A stretch of DNA of 64,000 nt, from assembly GCA_025594325.1 (NCBI GenBank), contig JANHCV010000004.1, positions 2,046,001 through 2,110,000 of the forward strand. The letters run 5' to 3'. Source of the DNA: Blastocladiella emersonii ATCC 22665 (Eukaryota; Fungi; Blastocladiomycota). Shown here piece after piece: positions 55,243 through 64,000 of the stretch. The notes under the pieces are model-generated. The model searched no databases and was not told the DNA's origin. It saw nothing but the letters and a program-made list of their open reading frames with translations. Position 1 is the first letter of the stretch, and each line of letters starts with the position of its first letter. A program made the translations under genes and the position numbers.

Positions 55243-55551
55243 GACGACATTGGGCTGGATAGAGCCGGAATGATGTTGTCAAGGAACAGGTCTGCACGCA
55301 CGGTCAGGAACGCCGGGTAGCACCAAGAAGGCTCGCCGCGAACGGGCGTGCGGTTCGCCGCAGCCGAACGAGCGCGCGAAGATGACATCGGGCTGGATAG
55401 AGCCGGAATGATGTTGTCGAGGAACAGGTCTGCACGCACGGTCAGGAACGCCGGGTAGCACCAAGAAGGCTCGCCGCGAACAGGCGTGCGGTTCGCTGCA
55501 GCCAAACGAGCGCGCGAAGACGACATTGGGCTGGATAGAGCCAGAATGATG
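55243..55551 (-). repeat. In-frame 138-bp tandem repeat (~2.25 copies) at the RT deletion junction
   Basis: GA(C/T)GACAT(T/C)GGGCTGGATAGAGCC at 55243, 55381 and 55519. Confidence 0.9.
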
Positions 55552-55969
55552 AGGTCAGAGATATTATTATTGTGAGCGACAAGCGCCACGTACAGGTTGC
55601 AGATGGACGCGCGTGCCCAGGTCACGAAAATGCGGGCATGCCAGCCAGTCGGGGTTGACCGCACCGGCGCCGTTGTGCTCACGGCGCGCACCAGAGCGGG
55701 CGGGGGCGGCGAAATGCGCGACGGGACCGAGGCGGCCGTGAAGGGGATTGTTGTGGGTGACAGTGGCGGCGCGGGCCGAGGTGGGGCCGAGGCGGGAGCC
55801 GACAATGATGTGGTAGAACTTGTTGAGCAGGTGCGCGAACAGGCTGGTGGCGGACGCCGGCAGGAGGGCGAGGACACGGAGGTGGTGGGCGAGCAGGGGC
55901 TGGGAGCGGGGAATGCCGTCGACCACGCGGGCAGGCAAGGAGACGAACTCGGAGCGGGAGCGCTCAAGG

Positions 55970-57364
55970 TCATCCGCCAAACTTGGTCTCGAGACCCGCG
56001 GGCCAGACGGGCGCCACAGCCGCGTGGTAGTTGCGCGGGGCGCGCTTGCGCACAGCGGAGCGGGAGCGCGAGCGCTGACGCTTGTCGCTGCTGCCACGGT
56101 CACGATTGTGGCGGTCGTCGGGCACGGCGAGAAGCGCGCGCGGGGCGTCGCGGGACGCGCGGTCGTCACGGCCGGCCTTGCCCTTGTTGTAGTGGCCGTT
56201 CTTGTCGTGGGCACCGCCGCCGCGGTGGTTGTTGTAGTTGTTGTTGTTCTTGTTGTTGTAGTTGTTGTAGTTGTTGTTGTAGTTGTTGTAGTTGTTGTTG
56301 TTGTTGTTGTAGTTGTTGTTGTTCTTGTTCTTGTCCTTGTCCTTGTCGCCTGACTTGGTGCGTGCGGCTGGCACGGCGGACGAGGCGTCGCCAGCGTCGC
56401 CGGCGGGCGCCTTGCTGCGCGAGGCGATCTGGACGTAGCCGTGGGGGCCGATGAGGTCAACAAGTGTGAGCGGGGTGCGCTTGGAGGTGGCGGTGCCGAG
56501 CGTGTGGCAGAGGGCGTTGTAGACGTTGTCCTTGATGCCCTTGACCAAGTTGAGGAACGAGGAGAGGAGCGCGGGAGGCAGGTGGCTGGTGGGATCCAGG
56601 CAACCCCCCTTGCGGAGACGCCGGACAAACACAACGCAGTGGCGCTTGAGGGTGAGGCCCAGAGTGGCGGGGAACGAGAGGTCGAGGTAGCGGATGATGG
56701 CGGCGCAGTCCATGTGGTCGAAGAAGTGGGCAATCAGCTGGTGCTCCTCGAGACCAGCGCCCTCGCGGACCATCGACTTGTACACGACCTGGGCGTCGTG
56801 GCTGACGGTGGTGGTGGCGGCGTTGAGCAGCTTGTACAGGTTGTGCAGCGGGTAGAGGACGCGGAGGTTGCGAAGGAAGGTGGCTGGGTCTTGGCAGTTG
56901 CCGCGGGTTGGGTGGCAGTAGTTGATGCGGGTGCTCTCGATGTTGGCGCGCAGCTGCTTGTCGACGCTGGTGGTCAACGCGGCGGGAGCGGCTGGCAAGG
57001 CGGCGGCTGGCGCGGCCGGGGGCGCCTCAGCGGGCAGCATGTCAACGGCGAGGTTGATGATGTTGTTGTAGCGCGAGTGCGCGGCGATGAGCGCGTCCAG
57101 CGCCTTGGCGGCCTGGGCCTGCAGCTTGGGCGGGTGGGTGGCCGACGTGTTGTTGCCCTGGGACAGCGCGGGTTGCGCGGCGGCGTCGATGGCGGCCGAG
57201 CAGGCAGCGAATTGCTCACCAAGTAGCTGGCGCAGCTCGGCGGCGCGCGCGCGTGCGGCGGGCACGGCCTGGGGGTCCTTGGCCGCGGTGCTGCAGGTGC
57301 CGGGGAGCGCGGAGATGTCGCTGCAGAGCGCCAGCGAGATGGTGAAGGTGGGGTTCGAGGCCAT
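55970..57364 (-). CDS. gag: Gag-like ORF with an Asn/Tyr-rich tract
   Basis: First ORF inside the 5' LTR, ATG 57364 (MASNPTF), open to 55970. No CCHC knuckle seen. Confidence 0.7.
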   Translation of the reverse strand: MASNPTFTISLALCSDISALPGTCSTAAKDPQAVPAARARAAELRQLLGEQFAACSAAIDAAAQPALSQGNNTSATHPPKLQAQAAKALDALIAAHSRYNNIINLAVDMLPAEAPPAAPAAALPAAPAALTTSVDKQLRANIESTRINYCHPTRGNCQDPATFLRNLRVLYPLHNLYKLLNAATTTVSHDAQVVYKSMVREGAGLEEHQLIAHFFDHMDCAAIIRYLDLSFPATLGLTLKRHCVVFVRRLRKGGCLDPTSHLPPALLSSFLNLVKGIKDNVYNALCHTLGTATSKRTPLTLVDLIGPHGYVQIASRSKAPAGDAGDASSAVPAARTKSGDKDKDKNKNNNNYNNNNNNYNNYNNNYNNYNNKNNNNYNNHRGGGAHDKNGHYNKGKAGRDDRASRDAPRALLAVPDDRHNRDRGSSDKRQRSRSRSAVRKRAPRNYHAAVAPVWPAGLETKFGG

Positions 57365-57386
57365 GCGGAAAACTACTTGAAGAAAA

Positions 57387-57602
57387 TGTTGATGCCGACA
57401 GAAGGAGGCGGGAGACAAGTAGTCAGGGATGTCTATTCCTGCCTTCGGCCCCGAACCCAAGACGGGGAGAGGGGAGAATGGATAACAAAGCAGGGCGCGC
57501 CGCAGCGGGGTGCGGCGGCGCGGGAACGAGGGATTGCGGGCGGCTCACGCGAGATCAGATGATTGATCACCGCGGTCGTGGCCACATGAACGACACGCAA
57601 CA
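57387..57602 (-). repeat. 5' LTR
   Basis: 215/216 identical to the 3' LTR (GGGAACGAG versus GGGAGCGAG). Confidence 0.97.
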
Positions 57603-57777
57603 CCGTATGCTGACCGAGGCAACGGCAGGAATTGGAGTTGTGAATACGACGTATATAGGAGGAACAAATACGGTGGGTATGGGCGTCAACAAACATGGTG
57701 AAGCCACATGAGCCAGCGCATGGACAACCATCAGCTTTAGATGGGCGTCGCGCGAGATGCGATGCTTTGCGACAGAG

Positions 57778-58414
57778 TTAACCTGCAGCCATGAAGTAGT
57801 TGACGGAGATCTTGTCCATGTCGTTGATCCCAAGCTAAACCAGAGTGTTAGTGAGTGAAATGAGAGAGAAAGCTGGCGGGAAAGCGTACCTCGTTCAGGG
57901 TCTTAAACGACTTGGCACTGATACGCTCGCCGTCCTCGGTGATGAAGCGAAGCGCGGAGTTGGGGTTGTAGTGGGGAATGGCGTTACGTTCATGTAAAAC
58001 ACCAGCAAGCTTTCGGAATGGCGTGCTGGGTTTGGCCTTGATCTCTAGATAGACAACGACGCATGAGCGAATGGCCGACTGAAAGCAGAGGGCATACGCA
58101 CTAAGGTCCCGTCCAGCTGGACCCTCAAACACCACAGTGATCGAGGGCTCGCGATGCTGGCCCGCCTCTTCCACCCACTTGGGGTCCTTTTTGATTGCAT
58201 CCACCAGATGGCGCAGGACGGCCATATCGGGCTGGAGCTCGAGGAGCGGCTTCAGTGAGGAGAGAAGCTCTCCTTGCTGGCGAAGCGCATCCGACTGTGC
58301 GCGCACAATTGAACGGAGCCTTTCGAATTGCTTTCCGTCAACGATGTTTGGACCATCCTCGCACATCTCCTCGTGACGCTTGATACGTTCATCAAGTTGC
58401 ATGGAGTCTGACAT
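57778..58414 (-). CDS. Coiled-coil + SUMO/Ubl-like protein, copy 2 (intact, 174 aa; exons 58102..58414, 57890..58044, 57778..57834)
   Basis: ITVVFEGPAGRDLKIKAKPSTPFRKLA...ALRFITEDGERISAKSFKTLNELGINDMDKISVNYFMAAG*. SUMO-type pattern (I.K.T.F.KL, RF..DG.RI, TL.ELG..D.D.I.V). Introns of 57 and 55 nt, the latter with a CTAAC branch. Confidence 0.75.
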
Positions 58415-58693
58415 GATTTTTGATAAGTTTGACGAACTTGTACGGGAGCTTCAAGCGAGGCGGGTGTCGTGGCTGGACTGCGCCCGTCGCCTGTTTCGCG
58501 TGCGACGTTGTGCAATTACCTGATTTTTAGGCGCGTTTTCGCTCCTCCGCTTCACAGTGCATCCACAATTCCTCTCATGGTTTCTTCAACAAACGAGCAA
58601 TTCACACGAAATCCCCGCCTTCTCAATGTCGGGGTCCCAACATGTACAACACAGAGTGTTATTGAAGCCCGCGCTTCAACCCGCTGCAAGGAT

Positions 58694-59124
58694 TTACACC
58701 AGAGCTGCACCAGCGAGCTGCTCGAGAGCTAGCACAATCGTGTCCATGTCGCAAATATCAAGCTAGATGCGGGAAGCAAGCAGAAGGTGAGCGGCGCGGC
58801 GCGGACTTGGGTCGGTAGCAAGAACAGAATCTGCGCACCTCCTTAAGCGTCTTTTCAGTCGTTTCGTTGAGGTTCATACCATTGTCATGAACAAATCGGT
58901 AGGTTTCGGGCTTCACGCCGCGCTTCGCATTCACAGCGATGGCGAGCTTGCAAACTTGGTTTTGCCCTTGGCCTTGATTTCTGCACGTGCAAGCAAATCC
59001 CAGCGTGAGACGCCTCGGAAACGCGGGATTAGCACACGGATGACGCACCCAAGCGGTCATGGCCGTTGGGACCCTCAAACGCCACAGTAATCACGTCGTT
59101 GTCGCCGATAGTGCCAGACGTCAT
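58694..59124 (-). pseudogene. SUMO/Ubl-like protein, copy 3, with a 1-nt deletion in exon 2 (exons 59049..59124, 58839..58980, 58694..58762)
   Basis: MTSGTIGDNDVITVAFEGPNGHDRLEIKAKGKTKF/(fs)KLAIAVNAKRGVKPETYRFVHDNGMNLNETTEKTLKELDICDMDTIVLALEQLAG-AALV*. Same two intron positions and phases as copies 1 and 2. Confidence 0.7.
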
Positions 59125-59329
59125 ATTTGCTGCATGCACGCCACTTAATGGTCAGCGTCCGACATATTGCAGCAAGTTATACTTTGTAAAATGCGTTACA
59201 TGGTTGGTGGGGTGCGGTGGAGCGAGAGAGAAAGGACCCGGAGAGGCCATTCCGAGCCTGTTTCAAGTGACAGACGAAAAAGCTCGCGTCATGCGCATCA
59301 CGCGCAGCATCAATTTCTTCCCCACGTCC

Positions 59330-61327
59330 GAGGCGAAATTGCCAGCACCTCCACCACTCAGTCCGTTCGGGTGTCAACTGTGCGGGGCTTTGCCCAAGTG
59401 CCCTCTCGCCGCGATCACACGGCACTCCAGACGCGTCGTGGGCGCGCGATGCAAGGAACTGCATGATTTGTGAACTGAGCGACACGGAACTCGCTTCAGA
59501 TGTAGTGCAGACTGAGATCATGCTTCTGACTCGCATTACTCAAAGGGGCTCGAAAGAAAGAGTCGCGACGCGTCAGAACCACGCGTTGGGGCTGTCGCAA
59601 CACGCCTTCTTTGTGCTTTTGTGCGTTTTCCTGCTCTTGAGGTGGATCAAGTCGACTACGGACGTGGCGGAGATAGCTGAAGGTCGCTGAGCGTATCTTT
59701 GTTCAAATTGCGGGAGCGACTCCTTGTGCAGCGAGTTGCGATCAAGCGCGCACAAACACGAACTGGCTCGAGTGATGGTGGCTTTGATCAAGCGCTAGCG
59801 CGACTTGATTGTGGGCGCCGATTATTCTCAACATCGCCTCAATGCAGCATACGCGCACGTAGCGCGTAGTTCCAGCGCGCTCAAGGCAACTGAGATCAGA
59901 TTTGTGACAGACGCGTCACGGCGAGCCACTCGCTCATAACAGCATGCTGGTGTTCTGAATGAGCCGAAAATAAAGCAGTTGGCGATCGTGAACTAACAGA
60001 ATGTATCATGCACAACGAATGCACGCGAAGACTCGATCTCGACTAACGCGTCGATTTTCCGCTAAGAAAGCGACCAACGATGATTCCGTTCGCGTCGCAC
60101 GCTATGAGCCAGCTCGAGACCTCGCGCGAGCTCGCCTCCTTGGGCACGGAACAACAGAGCTCGGATGAAGCGGATCTATGGTGGAAGGATCGCGAAAGGT
60201 CGACGCGAATTACGGTGCCACGGGATGTCGTTGACAGCGACACGAGACACTCTAGCGCAGATGGATGGATATCGTGTACGTCTTGATGCGCGCATGAGCG
60301 GAGCGCTTTGTCTCGCTCTTGTTCGCCTGATGAAAGTTGCTGATGGAGCGATCCTCATCGTCGTGCGAAACCCCGGAGAACGTGAGGATTGTCAAAATTG
60401 TACTGACGCACGCCCGTCGGTGGGAAGCTAGCATCAACGGTTCCAACCGCGGTCGCGACGGTTTGCTCAGCCGACTTTCTCTCGCCTCCAGTTGCTCGGT
60501 AGACCTTGACAAGGAGTTTTTAGTGAATCGATAACACGTTTCGCCGCTGTGCAGGTAGCAGGGGTCGAGGTAAGAAGCGGCCAGCAGCGCAGCAGATGAG
60601 CCGCGGGTGATTGCGCTGGAGCAAAGCCAGATGTGCGCTTCGCTCATGATGAAATTCGCATCCCAGGCCGCCGAAGCAGAGATACCGCGCAACCGCTCGT
60701 CGCGAGGGTTTAAGCGACTTCGTTGCACAACCCTCGCTTGGCACGACGTCCCTTGGCAAGTGAACAGGACGCGAGGGGTCGCCGGGCGGGCACAACGGCG
60801 GTATAGTGGCGGCAACGGCGGTCAAGAAAAACGAGTTTTCGACACAAGGGGAAGAACTAGAACACAAATAGCATCGCCTTTGAGCCTGGGTCACCACGGG
60901 AAACAAGGCACTGAAAGGCCCAGGTACCGTGAACGCATCCCACAACACGCTGCTCCACTCGGCGAGCTCGCCTAAGCAGCACTTGTGCAGTAGCAAGAGC
61001 AGAGTGCAAAAGCGGTGCCAGCGGAACACTCAAGTCAACGGCCGAGTCGAGCACAGCACGTCGCCGTGCAAACGCCACCCAAAGGCGCCGAGGTGGGTCA
61101 GGACCGGCGTGTCGTCGATTTCATGATTTATGGAATCCATTGCGTAGAGTAAATGAGCTTCATTGAATAAGGAGAGAGCAAACGGGAGGGGAGCGGAGCG
61201 GAAGCGACAGCGAAGCGAAGTGGCGCATCGCGACACGGGGAGTGATGTCATTGAGAAAAGTGTGACTGTGACGTGACGAGCGTTAGCCACGAAATCGCGG
61301 TCACTATAGCTTGGGCAAAGCCCCGCA
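59330..61327 (-). repeat. Copy B of the ~2-kb module, without the solo LTR
   Basis: Colinear with 2933..5037; empty site near 59670-59690. Confidence 0.85.
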
Positions 61328-63093
61328 TCATTAGCTTCTTCGAACAATAACCTGACTCCATAACTGCACAACTATCGACATTGAACAGCTTGAAGCTTCC
61401 AAAACCCCGAATGTCAGGCCCCATTGTAGCGATGTTGAGCACCCGGCGGCGCATTCTCACGAGCGGCATTCTCACGAATGTGGCGCACCGCGGTTTGCCG
61501 TTCAGGGCAAGCGGGCGGGTCCGCGGTTCGCCCGCCGGCCCACGCGCACGCGCTCCCCCCCCCCCCGGGCCCGCCACGAGCTCGCCTCCCCGCTCCCCCT
61601 CTCGCTGAATAAACCCTCCACTTCGTGCAATGATATCCCTCAATGGGAACCGACATCTCCACTGAGCTGAGCTGAGCTGAGCTGCGGGGGCGACGCGGCG
61701 CGCCGCCGCCGCCGGGAGAATCTGCTGCGTGTTGAGCACATTCTGCAGCGCGCTGGCGACACTGCTGCTGACTGCTGCGGTGATGGTCGCCGTCACGGTC
61801 TTCTCGAGGTTGTCGATGCGGTTCTCGATGCCGTCCATACGTTCGCGGATCACAGGGTCAGCGGGCGGCGGCTCGGCGGCGCTGACGAGGTTGTGAAGTT
61901 CCTCGATGATCACGCCGTGGTGCTCGCGTGCTGCGCGTCTCGAGCTCGGCGAGTAGGCATAGTCGCTACCGTCGCCGCCCTTGACGGAAGCGTGCACGCG
62001 CTTGCGCGAGGTCGAGACGCGGGAACACGTGCTGGTGGTGATGAACTTCTCGGCGTTGGCGCGCTGCACCGCCTTGGGATCCGTGTCGCCGCCCCCGCCC
62101 GCACCGTCTCGAGCTGCGCCCCCGGACTTGGCTGTTGCCCGGGCTTCGAGGCGCGCCTTGGCGTGCTCGTTGTGCATCTTGATGAGGATGCGACAGAGCT
62201 CCGTCGGCGCCACTGCGCCGTTGCCCGACTGCATCACCTTCTTGCACGCGTCGAACATCTTCTTGATGTCGCTGAACTTGTTGTTGAGCGTCAAAGGCGG
62301 GACCGAGCGCTGGAACTCCATGTCGAGCTGCTCCACGATCTGCTTGAGCTTGTTGTTCTTCTCGTCCTTGTCCTTGGGCGAGCCACGCGCGAACACGTTC
62401 AGCTTGATCTCCTCGGCCTTGTTGAACATGGTGAAAACCTTGAAGAGGGTCCACGACATGGCCTTGATGTTGGCGCGCTTGTTGATGGCGTCCTCGGCCG
62501 CGTACTTGAGCGCGTCGTAGGTCTCGAACGGCTCCCACTTGAGCTCGAACCCGTGGTCCTCGTGCGCAAACTCCCAGAACCAGTTGGCGCGGTTCTCGTC
62601 GAGCACCGTGTACTTGTCGTTCTTGCCGTAGTCACCGGCGCCTTCGACCCCGTCCTAACCCGTTGCGGTTGAAGTGGTTGACGAAGAGAAAGCGCCGTCG
62701 GCGTCGGCCGCGGCCGCGCTGCTGCCCGTGGCGGCGGCCCCCCTTTTTCGACGTCTTGCGGCGCTTGCGGGAACGAGGAGCGCTGCCCTTGCCGTTATCG
62801 TCCGCGCCCTCGCCCTTTTCGTCCCGGCGGTTACCGCCGGGCGCGAGGTGACGGCCATTCTTGATGATCGCGGCCATTTCGGCCTCGGTGACGGCGGGCG
62901 TTGGCTGACTAGCGAAGCCGCGGCCCACCTCGTCGCCGGCCAGCGTCTCGCGCGCGTTGGGCGGACCACGAGACGGGTCGTTGGGCGGGCTGCCGGAGCG
63001 GCGCTCAGGGTCGAGCTCCTCATCGAGATTGCGGTCTGAGAGAACCTCGAGCGAGCTCTCGCGCGACGAGAGTTCGAAGTCGAGATGATTCAT
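61248..63093 (-). pseudogene. Broken gene for a Myb/SANT-like (trihelix/MADF-type) protein with a C-terminal coiled coil; true 3' end uncertain
   Basis: NNKLKQIVEQL...LNNKFSDIKKMFDACKKVMQSGNG resembles the KW/F.NLKK.Y...SG.G pattern. In-frame TAG at 62655-62657 and a frameshift in the A/G homopolymers near 62740. NLS-like RSRKRRKTSKK. Confidence 0.5.
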
Positions 63094-63348
63094 GGGTTCA
63101 AAGAGAGTTTATAAGTGCGCCAAACAAGCGCTTGCGGGAGGTCATGATACGTTGGAGCAGCCAATAAATAGCGCGACGCGGCGGGGGAGCGGGGAAGCGA
63201 GGACGGCGGGCGGGCGGGCGGGCGCGGCGAGTGCAAGCGCGGGTCGGCTCCTCTCGGCCACGGGTGGCGCTCCGCATGGGCACGCGAGCCGGAAGCGGAA
63301 CGGAGCCGGTTCGAAGCGCGCGCCGCGCATCACGATTTTTTTTGGTCG

Positions 63349-63520
63349 TTTTGAAGGCGATTAAGGCACCGCAGGCAAGCGGTGCTTTCAAAAGCCATGT
63401 CCAGCCGTTGAAGGCACCCACCAGCTTTCAAAAGCACTCCCCCGCCTTCAAAAGCACTCCCCCGCCTTTGAAGGCTGCGCACGCTTTTGAAGGCTATAAA
63501 CGCTGTTATCGCCTTCAAAA
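63349..63520. repeat. Cluster of 8 TTTTGAA(G/A)GC-type motifs in both orientations, including a 20-bp tandem repeat
   Basis: Copies at 63349, 63384, 63408, 63424, 63444, 63466, 63485 and 63511. Confidence 0.8.
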
Positions 63521-64000
63521 CGCCCAGGAAAAAATTCAATATAGGTTCGCCAGCTCACGCTCCAGCTTCGCTTAGGGTCCACGAGAAAGATATAGGGAGG
63601 AACAAAATGTATTGATCATCAGGCACATTGAGGGCGGGAGATGGTAGGAGGGCGACGACCGCGTCATGTCGCGGCCGATTCGAGAGGGCCGAAGTACACC
63701 GTGCTTGGCCGCCATCGACCAGCGAGCCGGCGCGTGCACGCGGCCGTGACCATGGGAATTCTTGGAGATCAGCTTGGGCATACAGTTGCAGCGCTTGGGA
63801 GATGCACGCTTGGGTACAGCATCATCAGCGCTACGAGGAAGATGCAAGTGAGTGACTGTCGTGGATGAGCAAAAGCCGCGGGGGGCGTACCGTGACCATG
63901 GCCGTGGCCTGCTAGAAAACGTGTGTCTTGTCGCGGTTGACCTTGCGCGCGCGAGCGAGTTCACGCGGAAGCCGACTACACGGTGCAGGCGGGGCGCGAC

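Larger units (their letters stand above)
52740..55973 (-). pseudogene. pol: pol remnant: RT C-terminal part, RNase H, integrase, frameshifted chromodomain
   Basis: RT PFG...FIND (YxDD mutated)...LGHVVS; RNase H ATNAS...ELLGIVFAL...FTDH; HHCC HNWGH..CIPC; DDE SMD / SDNGPEF / GASER; chromodomain VRNILRHR..NGEREYLVRWPDRSAKNSWIP in another frame. Premature TGA at 53946-53948. No protease motif or RT N-half seen. Confidence 0.92.
52223..57602 (-). mobile_element. Ty3/Gypsy chromovirus LTR retrotransposon, 5380 bp, internally deleted and non-autonomous
   Basis: 216-bp LTRs at 52223..52438 and 57387..57602 (one mismatch). TSD CCGTA at 52218-52222 and 57603-57607. PPT at 52439-52450. Order gag, RT, RNase H, integrase, chromodomain. 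Confidence 0.97.

Noticed and set aside
63572-63590. TTAGGG as a telomere seed, or TTA+GGGTCC as a PIF/Harbinger end
   Set aside because: It is a single hexamer, and no matching inverted repeat was found in the window.
1-64000. Giant mobile element (Starship-like) or endogenous virus explaining the islands
   Set aside because: No tyrosine recombinase, viral polymerase, capsid or packaging ATPase was recognised, and the island genes carry host-type spliceosomal introns.

Overview
This is eukaryotic, GC-rich genomic DNA with many short (55-90 nt) GT-AG introns (GTACGC/GTGCGY donors, CTGAC/CTAAC branch points). Gene content (NEK8/9-like kinase, expanded F-box/ankyrin-like family) fits a zoosporic fungus such as a blastoclad or chytrid; that assignment is inference. 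No rRNA, tRNA or CRISPR array was recognised. A compact core block (about 7-15.6 kb and 30-50.8 kb) carries SelO, a 3xKH RNA-binding protein, NDC80, a Pho80/Pcl-type cyclin, an Sds23-like CBS protein, TBCC, a NEK kinase, POL12 and several low-complexity orphans. It is flanked and interrupted by accessory islands. At 0.5-5 kb there is an F-box-like ORF, a BTB-BACK-MATH-like gene and a solo LTR. At 16-21.5 kb there is a tandem array of I78 protease-inhibitor genes and F-box-like/ankyrin-like genes. At 23-30 kb there is an apparently inactive SNF2-like gene followed by degenerate repeats. At 51-64 kb there are three intron-conserved SUMO/ubiquitin-like paralogs, a 5380-bp Ty3/Gypsy chromovirus with near-identical LTRs but a dead, CpG-mutated pol, a second copy of a 2-kb module also found at 2.9-5 kb, and a broken Myb/SANT-like gene next to an array of TTTTGAAGGC motifs. 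Exon boundaries were read by eye and protein families were recognised from motifs; no database searches were run.
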